The notes: generated from the letters alone by a model not told the origin. A stretch of DNA of 57,124 nt from a virus (IMGVR_UViG_3300042261_000671:1-57124); one strand, 5' to 3'; shown: positions 1 through 9,938, counted from the first letter of the stretch. Program-made: numbers and translations.

Positions 1-1
1 A

Positions 2-442
2 GGGGAATTAATTGAGTATGATAAAAATAAATATTTTAAAGGATGGAAGCATTTTATAACACGACGTCAATTAAAAAAATGGTTAGATGATGGTAGTGCT
101 ACCATTGAAAAAAGAGTTAATGAACAAATTAATGAGTTAGATCCTTATGGTGAAGAAGATTGGGATAATGATATTAAAACTAAATTCGTTAATTTTTTAC
201 GCAATATGGGAGCATATGATAGATATATGGCAAATTTTAATCATCCGATGCAGAGAGCATGGAGAAGAGATAAAGAAAAAAAAATAGATTTTGATGAATT
301 TATATTGGCATCTGATAAAGAATATGTACATAGTAATTTTATATGGGACGCATTTAAGTGGCCATGGACTCCAGAGGGGGTTAGTTTTTGGAATGTATTA
401 GATTCCAAATGGGGAAATTATTTAGCAAGAAATGGTAACTAA
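2..442 (+). CDS. Hypothetical protein, 5'-truncated by the window edge; contains DPYGEEDW
   Basis: The frame of track ORF 206..442 is open back to position 2; it reads ELDPYGEEDWD, with the DPYGEEDW core at 140-163. Confidence 0.75.
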   Translation, partial: GELIEYDKNKYFKGWKHFITRRQLKKWLDDGSATIEKRVNEQINELDPYGEEDWDNDIKTKFVNFLRNMGAYDRYMANFNHPMQRAWRRDKEKKIDFDEFILASDKEYVHSNFIWDAFKWPWTPEGVSFWNVLDSKWGNYLARNGN

Positions 443-878
443 ATTTAAAATATTTGAAACATATTATAATGATTTGTCTCCGTATGAGTATGGATTTTCC
501 ATACCTGGTTGTGTTAATATTGGTTGGTTAGATATTGATCATGATTTTGAGAAAGGATATGTCCCAGATGGTTTCATAGATAAATTAAAAAAACTTCCAA
601 TACTTTTTCAAAACGCTGGTTATCATTTTTGTCAGTTCTGCGAACGTGATGATAAAGGCATGGTGTCAAGAGATGCTATGAGTAGTAATATAAAAATGTC
701 TATAGGAGACGGTGTGGTTTATTTGACTCCATCGATGATAGTTCATTATGTAAGAGATCATCATTATAAACCTCCTCAAGAGTTTATAGATTCAGTAATG
801 AAAATGGAAAATATGAGTGATGCTGATGCTCATAAACATGTTAATATGTTATTAATTAAACATTTAAAAGGATTATGA
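432..878 (+). CDS. Conserved hypothetical protein, possibly Zn-binding, with a capsid-targeting-like N-terminus
   Basis: MVTKFKIFE start; IGWLD, GYHFCQFC and HYVRDHHYKPPQEF resemble a widespread bacterial hypothetical family. Confidence 0.7.
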   Translation: MVTKFKIFETYYNDLSPYEYGFSIPGCVNIGWLDIDHDFEKGYVPDGFIDKLKKLPILFQNAGYHFCQFCERDDKGMVSRDAMSSNIKMSIGDGVVYLTPSMIVHYVRDHHYKPPQEFIDSVMKMENMSDADAHKHVNMLLIKHLKGL

Positions 879-1414
879 TAAAGATATTTGAACAATTTAA
901 TTCAGAAAAAGATATTTTGTCTTGTGTTAGTTTGGACGTTCCTTATGGAGAAGAATGGATAGATGAATCTATAAGAAGTTTAGATCCATACAACGAAGAG
1001 AATTGGGATGAAGTGGATGTTATAGCTATACTCTTATTTAGAAACAATTATTATTTTGATTTTAATGTTGTAAAAGGAAAATTAGAAGATAGAGGAAGAC
1101 CTCCTAGATATTCTTTACGATATATTTTTCGCGATATAAACGGAAATGAATTATTTGAAACTTCTAGAATTATAAATATAAATGATGTTGATGAAGAAAT
1201 AGAGTTATCAGACGGTATGAATAGTTCAGGGGACGCTATAATATTACCAGAAAGTACTAGTAGAGAAGATATAAATAAGATAATTTCCAGAGTTCACGAA
1301 AGAATATATAGACAACAGAGAAGAGATGTAGAAAGTCAAATAAAGAGTATGAGAGACACACTTAATAAAACAGGAGACTTAAATAAAATTGTAAAATATG
1401 ATAATAAAATTTAA
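875..1414 (+). CDS. Hypothetical protein with capsid-targeting-like N-terminus and DPYNEENW motif
   Basis: MIKIFEQFNSE; degenerate DVPYGEEW plus DPYNEENW; ATGA overlap with the upstream gene. Confidence 0.75.
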   Translation: MIKIFEQFNSEKDILSCVSLDVPYGEEWIDESIRSLDPYNEENWDEVDVIAILLFRNNYYFDFNVVKGKLEDRGRPPRYSLRYIFRDINGNELFETSRIININDVDEEIELSDGMNSSGDAIILPESTSREDINKIISRVHERIYRQQRRDVESQIKSMRDTLNKTGDLNKIVKYDNKI

Positions 1415-2231
1415 AATATTTGAATCGATGTCAGGTTTAACATTCGGTGATGAGATCACTCACGAAGATGATAAAAAAATCGATTGGATAGTAGATGAAA
1501 CCGGTCGAGAAAGAGAAGAATGTATCAAGAGATATTTAGAATTCAACAAAGATGCAATAAGAGCAATAGAAACGATGTTGAATGAAGTCCAGGACGATGA
1601 GGATATAGCCGATTTAATGTCAGATACAAATTTAGACGAAGAAACTTGTAGACAGGCTTATTATGATAATAATAAAAATTATGACGCTGCTTATGATTAT
1701 CTAACAAACGATGGACCAGAAGATGATGGTGGATATGATGATGGAGGAGATGGATATGATGAAGAAGAAGATTACATCAATAGAGAAGATACTTTCGTTA
1801 GAAGAAATACGATCTATAATGATCCTACCATAAACGTTATTAAATCTTTTATATTAAAAGATATATTTGATGAATTCGGTGGATCTAGGAAGAAAACGGT
1901 AGATAAACTTAAAGAACTTGTAATGGGTAAAACTGTAAGAGTAGAAGATAAAGATGGACACGGTGGATATGTTAGTGTAAATGAAGGCGATGATGAAGAA
2001 GTTTGGGATGAAACTTCACCTGTAACAAATGTAATGTCATATGGAGATGACCCTTCAAGATATTTTCGTTTTGATAACGGTAATGGAGATAATCTAGAAT
2101 TACTTATAGATGATAGAATAACTATTATAGAGCATAAAAAAGTGGAACCTAAAAAACAAATAACTACCATTTCAAAATCTGATTCAAAAGATTCAGCTAG
2201 ATGGTGGGAACACGGAAAGGTAGATATATGA
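1398..2231 (+). CDS. Acidic hypothetical protein with two short UBA-like helical repeats
   Basis: MIIKFKIFES; repeats IVDETGREREECIKRY..FNKD / LMSDTNLDEETCRQAY..NNKN resemble UBA/EF-Ts N-terminal three-helix units. Confidence 0.65.
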   Translation: MIIKFKIFESMSGLTFGDEITHEDDKKIDWIVDETGREREECIKRYLEFNKDAIRAIETMLNEVQDDEDIADLMSDTNLDEETCRQAYYDNNKNYDAAYDYLTNDGPEDDGGYDDGGDGYDEEEDYINREDTFVRRNTIYNDPTINVIKSFILKDIFDEFGGSRKKTVDKLKELVMGKTVRVEDKDGHGGYVSVNEGDDEEVWDETSPVTNVMSYGDDPSRYFRFDNGNGDNLELLIDDRITIIEHKKVEPKKQITTISKSDSKDSARWWEHGKVDI

Positions 2232-2830
2232 AAAACTACGGACAATTTATAAACGAATTCAATATGCCTTTTTTTAGAAGAGGACCAAAAATTAAGAAAT
2301 TATTAGGATTCTTTGGTAAATCTATTAATTTGAAAAATGTAAGGGGAGAAGAATTTGAAGAATGTGAAATAAAAATAGATCCTATATATGAATTTGGTAA
2401 AAAAACATTCAAGGTAGAACTTAATTTTTCTGAAGATCTTATGGCAGCTCACAGAGAAGTTGACCCATATGGTGAAGAAGAATGGTATGATGAAACAGAT
2501 AGAATTCCAAGAGCAAAAATAACATATAATTCACCATCTACATCTCTCAGAAATGAACAGAATGATAAACCAGAGATGATTCATATTGAATCAGATGATA
2601 ACATTAGAGTCACTAATCTTGAAACAGATAGAGACGGTATAAAGTTAATAACTGATATGTTTAATAGAATCTATAATTATGAAGGAGAAAAAAAGGTTTG
2701 GGCAGAGGACAATGTAAGACAACTTCTATTAAATGGATTAAATTGGAAAAAACGTGAAAGAAATCTATATATGAAAGTTATGGTAGACGAAGAAGATTAT
2801 GTTCCAATGGATTATCAACCAGGATATTAA
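2228..2830 (+). CDS. Hypothetical protein with capsid-targeting-like N-terminus and DPYGEEEW
   Basis: Probable start ATG 2228 (MKNYGQFINE), overlapping the upstream stop; motif at 2462-2485. Confidence 0.75.
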   Translation: MKNYGQFINEFNMPFFRRGPKIKKLLGFFGKSINLKNVRGEEFEECEIKIDPIYEFGKKTFKVELNFSEDLMAAHREVDPYGEEEWYDETDRIPRAKITYNSPSTSLRNEQNDKPEMIHIESDDNIRVTNLETDRDGIKLITDMFNRIYNYEGEKKVWAEDNVRQLLLNGLNWKKRERNLYMKVMVDEEDYVPMDYQPGY

Positions 2831-2866
2831 AAAAAAAAAGGGAACCATATAGGTTCCCTTTTTTTT
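2829..2866. terminator. Bidirectional intrinsic terminator
   Basis: A-run, GGGAACC-atata-GGTTCCC, T-run, between convergent genes. Confidence 0.9.
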
Positions 2867-2882
2867 AACAAACTGGATAAGT

Positions 2883-5207
2883 TTAATTTTTACTCTCGGA
2901 TTTGGTAATGTTTTTGGTTAACCAAGCTGCTAAAAGCTCACCTACACCACTCCCACCATTACTTGTGATTAAAGTATCTGGTACGATTTTAACATTTCCT
3001 TGTCCAATCTTTTCGGCAATCTGGACCTGGATAACACCCTCATTACCGATAGCTTGCTTCTGTTTCTCATAGGCTTCAGCAGTTGCGGTTCCTTTTGCAA
3101 AGATTGCTGTACCTTCAGCTTTACCCACAGCTTCGATACCTGCTGCAATACCTTCCTGTTTCAACTTTGTTGACTGTCCTTCACCTTCAGCAAGGAGAAC
3201 CGCTTTCTTCTTTTGATTGTCAGCGACCTTAACATCGATTTCGGACTGAACGAGATCCTTCTGCTTTTCAGCTTCTGCAGTGGTCTTTTCCATTGCGATA
3301 CGTGACTGCTGAGCTTTCTGCTGTTCGAAGAACATTGCTTGCTTCTGCTGTGCAATAATTCTTTCAGTCTGTGTTTTCATAAGATCCTCAGGAAGTTGGA
3401 TCTGACAGATAAGAACGCTCACCAATTCAACGTGATACTTTTCGAGTTCTGCTCTTGCTCTGTTTTCAGCCTTCTGCTGCTCTTCATGTCTGTTTTGCAT
3501 GAAGTTCATTGCTGATGTAGCGGAAGCCTGATTTCTGAAGCTGGAGTCAATCATTGGGTGAATAACGTGATCCACCAAATTCTTGATAGAACCAATCTTA
3601 GCTACCATATAAGGTGACTGATCTGGACGAACTCTAATAACAACCTTAACTGAAACTCGAATTTCGAAACCATCATGTGATACGACCTTAAGAGGGTCGA
3701 ATGGTGTATTCTGACTTTCATCCCAGTCAATAGTCTGGTTAGTAGTATCTACAATGTAGGGGATATAAGCTCTACGGTTAAGGTAATAAATACCAGGACC
3801 AGCAACGTCCCTTTGAATTCCTCTAAATCCCTTTGGTACTACGTATCTTTCAATACCAGTATCGAGACGTTTCTCAACACCACCGGCTAAAGTTTCATCT
3901 TCGGTTGGTGTAGCTGTAGGACTAGTGCCGACACCACCACCTTCTTTATTGGCAACTTGTTCAGTCATTTCTTTAACCTGTGGTGGTTCTTCACCAACGT
4001 TAGAAACAACAACAGCGACCTGACCTCTTTCAACGACTGCTACATCATCCAATTCGACACTAAACATCAAAGGATTGATATAATATGTACCTGGACGAAG
4101 AACGTCGAACTGAGGACCACGCTGACCACCATTAGCCAAGAAAGCTGTGACATCTTGGAAATTATTATGTCCTGTTACAGATTTAGCAACGTATTCTGTT
4201 TCTGGCAGAGGCTGACCGTCGCGGGCGACAACGATACCAACTTTCTTATCAGGAATAATAACCGTTTCTTTAACCTCAACCTTAAATAAGGCAGTATTGA
4301 TACGATATTTACCTGGAAGAAGAATACTAGTCTGAGGACCTTTTTCACCACCTTTATCTAAGAAGAACCTTCCATTCTGGAAATTATCATGCCCTTCAAT
4401 AGCTTTGGCTAAAAGCCTTCCTTCTGCAATAGGTTTACCATCCTGAGAAGTTACAATACCAATCTGCCCCTTTTCAATAACGGTAATCTTAACAGGAGTT
4501 ACCTTGAACAAGGCAGTATTGATACGATAAGTTCCCGGAGGAAGTGTTTGAATCTGAGGACCTTTTTCACCACCATTAGCTAAGAAAGCTGCACCATCTT
4601 GGAATAAATCGCATTCAACGACTTTACCAAAGATTCTACCCGCTGGTACTGGGCTACCGTCAATAGCTTCAACGACTCCAACTTCGTCCTCTTTAATGAC
4701 AGTCTGTTTAACTGTCTTTACAGTGAAAAGCAACGGATTAATACGGTAACCTCCAGTTCTTGTTTCCTTATCTGTGGCATAACCACCAGGAGGAATAATA
4801 CCAAGTTGGATACCTTTTTCTCCACCGTTCTTCAAAAATGCTTCACCATCCTGGAATAAATTACATTCCACTGGGCGAGCAAAGATTTTACCCGATGGAA
4901 CAGGATTACCGTCGTTAGACTGCACTAATCCAATTTCATCAGGACCGATGATCACGAACGGGAAAGCTCTCCTCTTATAAATAAAAGGAGGAATGAAGGT
5001 CAAACCAGGTCCTTTTACTCTAGCCTGAACCCCAATCTCGTTCGTCATAGCAAAAACTCTGTCTTTTGGCATCTGTTTACCAATCCATCGTCTTTCTAAT
5101 GTTTTAATTTCCCTACCACCAACATTCAGTATAGAACTGAAAACGATGATCAAAAGAAAAATCGCAAGGAGACTATATCCTGCGATTGTCAAAATTAAAC
5201 TTACCAT
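2883..5207 (-). CDS. SPFH/Band 7 (flotillin-like) membrane protein with four internal repeats
   Basis: N-terminal TM helix; four repeats of G.V...DG.P....F.....F...GG..G.Q....PG; SPFH core (SHDGFEIRVSV..IDSSFRNQA); C-terminal Ala/Glu-rich coiled coil. Confidence 0.9.
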   Translation of the reverse strand: MVSLILTIAGYSLLAIFLLIIVFSSILNVGGREIKTLERRWIGKQMPKDRVFAMTNEIGVQARVKGPGLTFIPPFIYKRRAFPFVIIGPDEIGLVQSNDGNPVPSGKIFARPVECNLFQDGEAFLKNGGEKGIQLGIIPPGGYATDKETRTGGYRINPLLFTVKTVKQTVIKEDEVGVVEAIDGSPVPAGRIFGKVVECDLFQDGAAFLANGGEKGPQIQTLPPGTYRINTALFKVTPVKITVIEKGQIGIVTSQDGKPIAEGRLLAKAIEGHDNFQNGRFFLDKGGEKGPQTSILLPGKYRINTALFKVEVKETVIIPDKKVGIVVARDGQPLPETEYVAKSVTGHNNFQDVTAFLANGGQRGPQFDVLRPGTYYINPLMFSVELDDVAVVERGQVAVVVSNVGEEPPQVKEMTEQVANKEGGGVGTSPTATPTEDETLAGGVEKRLDTGIERYVVPKGFRGIQRDVAGPGIYYLNRRAYIPYIVDTTNQTIDWDESQNTPFDPLKVVSHDGFEIRVSVKVVIRVRPDQSPYMVAKIGSIKNLVDHVIHPMIDSSFRNQASATSAMNFMQNRHEEQQKAENRARAELEKYHVELVSVLICQIQLPEDLMKTQTERIIAQQKQAMFFEQQKAQQSRIAMEKTTAEAEKQKDLVQSEIDVKVADNQKKKAVLLAEGEGQSTKLKQEGIAAGIEAVGKAEGTAIFAKGTATAEAYEKQKQAIGNEGVIQVQIAEKIGQGNVKIVPDTLITSNGGSGVGELLAAWLTKNITKSESKN

Positions 5208-5362
5208 TTGTTTGTTGTATTAGATATTGCCTACTCTTTTTACCATTTTCGACGTCCTGGTTTTTTCGATATTTTACTACTTCTTATAGTCATGAAATCG
5301 AAAAAAGTTTGAACTTTTTTCGGAAATTTTAAACTCAAAAATTATATTTAATATATAAATTT

Positions 5363-5770
5363 ATGGTTATGAAGTTTGCAATTTTTGAATCTTTTAATAA
5401 TAAAATACCAATGGCGCTAGAATGTGTTAAACCACCATTCGAATCTAAATTGGTTAATGAAACTTGGTGACATATTATATTAATATCTTTAAAAAATAGT
5501 AATGTAAAAGCGTCTCTTCATTGGTATAATGACGACAATACAACGGTGTATCTTAGTAGTCTTAATGTAGATGACGAATTAAGAAATAAAGGAATAGGTA
5601 GGAAGTTACAAAAGATTAGAGAAAAAATGGGTATAATTCTTGGAGCAAAAGTGGCATGTCTTTGGGCTGAAAAAGGATCGTGGATGCATAAATGGTATGA
5701 ACGTAGAGGTTATAAAGATTATAAAGAATATGATGAAAATCATATATGGATGAAAAAAAATTTGATATGA
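5363..5770 (+). pseudogene. GNAT acetyltransferase interrupted by one in-frame TGA (5468-5470)
   Basis: ATG 5363 (MVMKFAIFES) is in frame with ORF 5546..5770, which has LNV...RNKGIG and WYERRGY GNAT motifs; a single TGA lies between them. Confidence 0.65.
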
Positions 5771-6708
5771 TGATTACAAATTTTGCAATTTTTGAATCAA
5801 CTTATGTTACTCATCAAAATGGTGGCAGAGCTTTCGCTGTCAATTATGATGAAGAATCTGGATTTGTTGATGTGATGAAGAATAAATACGGTAGATACTC
5901 AAAAGTAAAGAAAGTTTGGACAGGCGACAAACAAGATGATAATAGTAGTGTACTTGTAGAATTCCCACATAAAAAATATATGTTTATTGGAACCGAAATA
6001 TACGAATTTGAAACAGATGAATTTATAACAAATTATTACTCAAGAATAGGTAATAGTGATGTTCCCTATCCAGTGGCTTTAAGCGAGAAATATGTATATT
6101 TCATGTTAGAAAAAAAACATGTAAATAGAAAAGAATTTCCTAAAAATACTGATTGGGCTGATTGTTATAGATTTTATTACGATAATAAAGATAATTTATC
6201 AATTAAAGGGTTTAAAAATTTGAAAAATATAGAAGAAAATATTTCAGAAAGAATAAGATGGCCTTTTAAAAATAAAACAATTAATCCAAACGACCCTTAC
6301 GGTGAAGAATATTGGGAAAATCCTGATGATATTTATTGCGATTATTGTCATGGTGTAATACATCCAAAAGAAAACCTGTTTATTTTATTTGGTAAACCAG
6401 TGCATGCAAATGTGAATTGTTTAATGGAATTTAATAGAAAAACTAAACAATATATTAGTAATGTAGAATCAACCCCATATAATACCGCTAAAAAACTATT
6501 AAAAAGATGGGGGTATTTCGATAAGGTTCAGGAAAACAAAAAAGAAGATATTGATCCTTATAATGAAGAAGATTGGAATACTGAACATAAACATATTTGG
6601 GAAGATAAAGTTGAAAGAGATCCGAGAGGACTTTGTCCCCCAATAGACTACAGAGAATGTAAAATATGTGGTAAGAAGTATAGAACACATGTTGGTTACG
6701 GTAAATAA
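5767..6708 (+). CDS. Modular hypothetical protein with two DPY(G/N)EExW motifs and Cys/His mini-domains
   Basis: Probable start MMITNFAIFES; THQNGGRAF..GNSDVPYP domain; CDYC and CKIC motifs. Confidence 0.75.
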   Translation: MMITNFAIFESTYVTHQNGGRAFAVNYDEESGFVDVMKNKYGRYSKVKKVWTGDKQDDNSSVLVEFPHKKYMFIGTEIYEFETDEFITNYYSRIGNSDVPYPVALSEKYVYFMLEKKHVNRKEFPKNTDWADCYRFYYDNKDNLSIKGFKNLKNIEENISERIRWPFKNKTINPNDPYGEEYWENPDDIYCDYCHGVIHPKENLFILFGKPVHANVNCLMEFNRKTKQYISNVESTPYNTAKKLLKRWGYFDKVQENKKEDIDPYNEEDWNTEHKHIWEDKVERDPRGLCPPIDYRECKICGKKYRTHVGYGK

Positions 6709-6952
6709 TAAATTCTTTGAAACTTTCTAAATCTTTTCTCATATAATCATTTATGAGAAAAATATTATATTTTATAACTTTTATATTCCTTTTGTTTTTA
6801 TTAATTTCTTGTATGCCACAACAAAAATGTTCAGCATACGGTGAAACTTCAAGGTACCAAAGATCTTGGAACAAATAAAAATCAGATGGACTGTCGCTCC
6901 TTTAATATATAATTATTGAAAGGGAATAACTTTAAAAAAATAATAGAAAATA

Positions 6953-7891
6953 ATGGAAGAAAAAAAGGACGCATTAGAGAAATTTATTTCTGAACAAACA
7001 AAAAATCCACAAAGAACAATGGTAGAAGATGAACCTACCACATCAGTTGGTACTGCAAACACATTGAATTATATTACAGTAGATTTAAGTGTTTTACCTG
7101 CTGGTTTATTCTATAAACCAGGAACTGTTATTATGATTAGAGCCGCTTCAGTCGCTGAAGTTCAAGCTTATTCTGCAATTGATGACAATAACTTTTTAGA
7201 TGTTACTGAAAAAATGAATGAATTACTCGGACGTTGTGTTAGAGTTAAACATCCGGGTGGTTTAATGGGAACTTATAAAGACTTGAAAGATAATGATAGA
7301 TTGTTTTTAGTTTTTATGATTCGTGAATTAACATTCCAAAAGAATAGTAATTTAGCAAAAGATGTTACTTGTTCAAATTGCAAAAAAGAATTCAAGATTC
7401 AGTTTCGTTCAACTCCAGGTCCAGATAGTCCAAAGACTTTTGTAAACTACGAAATGGATCCAGATCTTGAACCATTCTTCAACAAACAAGATAGAACATT
7501 TGATTTTCTTGTTGGTGAAAAATTATGGAAGTTAGCACCGCCGTGTATATCTTTACAAGAAATATTCTTTAAGAATATAAAAGATAAAGTACAAGGCGAT
7601 AAGACTCCAAACGTGGCTTTCTTGAAAATTATACCATTTACACTTTGGGATAGAAAATCAATAACTGAAGAAGGAATAAAAGCAAAAGAAGAAGAATTCA
7701 AAAATATGGACATGGACACTTTCCTATTTTTAGATGAGGCTGTAAGTAAAATGCTTTATGGTATAAAGGAGTTAAGACAAAATTGCCCAGAGTGTGGCGA
7801 GGAGGTCCACACTGACATGACGTTTCCCAAAGGGGCCTCAAGTATCTTCAAACCTGGCAGCACTGTATTTGGATCCAGACTTGTTAAGTAA
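6953..7891 (+). CDS. Baseplate hub / tail assembly chaperone (T4 gp26-like)
   Basis: LPAGLFY, DRLFLVFMIRELTF and two CxxC pairs; followed by a small gp51-like ORF; late-type promoter upstream. Confidence 0.65.
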   Translation: MEEKKDALEKFISEQTKNPQRTMVEDEPTTSVGTANTLNYITVDLSVLPAGLFYKPGTVIMIRAASVAEVQAYSAIDDNNFLDVTEKMNELLGRCVRVKHPGGLMGTYKDLKDNDRLFLVFMIRELTFQKNSNLAKDVTCSNCKKEFKIQFRSTPGPDSPKTFVNYEMDPDLEPFFNKQDRTFDFLVGEKLWKLAPPCISLQEIFFKNIKDKVQGDKTPNVAFLKIIPFTLWDRKSITEEGIKAKEEEFKNMDMDTFLFLDEAVSKMLYGIKELRQNCPECGEEVHTDMTFPKGASSIFKPGSTVFGSRLVK

Positions 7892-8198
7892 ATTAGAAGA
7901 TTTTGAAAAAACTGTTTTTACTGTTTTTACAGTTTCTTGGGAAAGTTTAACAAGTAATAAGTTCGAGTTTATGAATCAACTCGGAATACCAACAACAATA
8001 GTAGACGATTGGCCTTATTACGAGTTTGAGAGATATATAAAACTTTTGAATGAAAAAAATGAAAATGAAAAGAAACATCACGAAGAACAAGAAAAACAAC
8101 AAGGTCAAAATATGCCTAACTTCAATAGCATGTCAAATCTAGCTAAGAATTTTAATCCCTCCAATTATAGATTACCAGATTTCAAATCCCCATTCTAA
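7869..8198 (+). CDS. Small baseplate/tail chaperone partner (gp51-like); start uncertain, possibly reached by frameshift
   Basis: F.FM...IPTTIVDDWPYYEFERYIKLL pattern; overlaps the upstream gene; only TTG or a late ATG available as start. Confidence 0.55.
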   Translation: MDPDLLSKLEDFEKTVFTVFTVSWESLTSNKFEFMNQLGIPTTIVDDWPYYEFERYIKLLNEKNENEKKHHEEQEKQQGQNMPNFNSMSNLAKNFNPSNYRLPDFKSPF

Positions 8199-8230
8199 AA
8201 GTGGGGATTTTTCATTTATATATAGTGTAT

Positions 8231-9448
8231 ATGAATAAATCTGAGATAGTTAAAAGTTTTTTTGATAACGCAACTAGATTATTAAATCTATACAAAGAGA
8301 TAGAAAATTTTCTAAAAATAGAAAATGACATAGAGAAAATTGTTTCATTTTTGGAAGAAAAGAAACAAGAAACAGATATTATCGAAGATGAAATAAATAA
8401 ATTAAGATCAGAATCAGAAAAATTTTGTAAAGACATTCCACAAAACGAAAAATTAAATTCCAAATACTTAGATAAAATTCATTCTAAATTTCAGAAGATA
8501 ATAAAAGGATTTACATATTGGTATAAACATTATACAGCATATCAAAAAATAGCCATTAAATATAAATGTTGGAAAGTTAGATTCCTCCTACATGATATAG
8601 AGAAACCATTCCTTAATATATTCATGAGCTACGAAAATGTACATAGAATACACAGACACATATCACCACACCACGTAGAATCCTTTAGAAAGAAAAAAGA
8701 TTATCTTGGGATGTTAATAGATTGGGAATGTGCTAGATATACTAAACCAAAAATGCCATTGAATGCTAAAGAAACATGTGATAAATTTTATCCAGAAGTA
8801 AAAGATAAAATATATCCATTATTAAAGAAGCATGGATTGATGGAATTTGTAAAAACGTATGAATCATTTAATTCTCCTATTACAATAGCTGTCACTGGAT
8901 CTATTGCTTCTGGTAAATCTACTGTGTGTAGTTCAATAGAAAAAGATTATGGATATTTAGTATATTATAGTGATATTGAGGCTAAAAATCTTGCAAATAA
9001 TAACAACGAATTAAAGAATGATATAATAAAAGAATTTGGAGAAGAATCATATTTGGGTGGAGTTTATAACACCAAATACATTGCCAGTATAGTATTCAAT
9101 GATAAAAATGAATTAGAGAAATTAAATAGAATATTTAGAATACATCTTAGAAATGATTGGAAAAATTTTATAAATCAACACAAAAATGAAAAATTCATAT
9201 TTTATGAATCTGCTCTTATATTTGAGCATAATCTTGTTAAAGAATATGATTATGTAATTTGTGTTTATGCTAGTTTAGATACTATAAGAAAAAGACTAAA
9301 ATCTAGAAATAACTACAACGATGTAGAGATCGAAAATAGATTAAGTAAACTATCTAATCAAGAGTATAAAATCAAGAATTCAGATTTTTCTATAAATACA
9401 GATTTTGATTGGAAAGATCAATTAGATGAGATAATGCGCAAATTATAA
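8231..9448 (+). CDS. coaE: Fusion of coiled coil, HD-type domain and dephospho-CoA kinase
   Basis: LLHDIEK..H..HHVE..DWECA (HD-like); from about 8840 IAVTGSIASGKST, YSD..AK, ESALIFE, R...R are CoaE motifs. Confidence 0.85.
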   Translation: MNKSEIVKSFFDNATRLLNLYKEIENFLKIENDIEKIVSFLEEKKQETDIIEDEINKLRSESEKFCKDIPQNEKLNSKYLDKIHSKFQKIIKGFTYWYKHYTAYQKIAIKYKCWKVRFLLHDIEKPFLNIFMSYENVHRIHRHISPHHVESFRKKKDYLGMLIDWECARYTKPKMPLNAKETCDKFYPEVKDKIYPLLKKHGLMEFVKTYESFNSPITIAVTGSIASGKSTVCSSIEKDYGYLVYYSDIEAKNLANNNNELKNDIIKEFGEESYLGGVYNTKYIASIVFNDKNELEKLNRIFRIHLRNDWKNFINQHKNEKFIFYESALIFEHNLVKEYDYVICVYASLDTIRKRLKSRNNYNDVEIENRLSKLSNQEYKIKNSDFSINTDFDWKDQLDEIMRKL

Positions 9449-9889
9449 CTGCTCTCTAATTTTAGTAGAACTTATATTTTCAACGTCCTCGGTAGCTATC
9501 ATGTAGATTGTTTCTATTTCTGGTTTTAGATTCTTATTATAATGATCCACATACTTTTCGAAATCAAAATCTTTTGTATTTCTCATTCCTCTTAGCATAT
9601 ATTTAGCTCCCATTTTTACACAATAATCTACAGTCCATCCTTTATATGAATCAATTATAATTTTTGGATTATTGCCGAAGTGTTTCTTTATGATCTCTTT
9701 TCTTTCTTCTATAGTATAATGTCCCTTCTTCTCTTCATTTATACCAACAGCTACTATTATTTTATCAAATAAAGGAAGAAATCTTTTGACCAGTTTTATA
9801 TGACCTTCGTGTATTGGATCAAAACTACCAGGAAAAACTGCGATTTTCTCGGTCATACTGTATTGTTCGTTGAATGTTTTTATTCTCAT
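9443..9889 (-). CDS. coaD: Phosphopantetheine adenylyltransferase
   Basis: AVFPGSFDPIHEGH, LRGMRN..DFDFE, ISSTKIRE. Confidence 0.93.
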   Translation of the reverse strand: MRIKTFNEQYSMTEKIAVFPGSFDPIHEGHIKLVKRFLPLFDKIIVAVGINEEKKGHYTIEERKEIIKKHFGNNPKIIIDSYKGWTVDYCVKMGAKYMLRGMRNTKDFDFEKYVDHYNKNLKPEIETIYMIATEDVENISSTKIREQL

Positions 9890-9938
9890 AGTGGTATATA
9901 TTAAAAAAAATCACCACTAAATTTTTATATATAGCATC

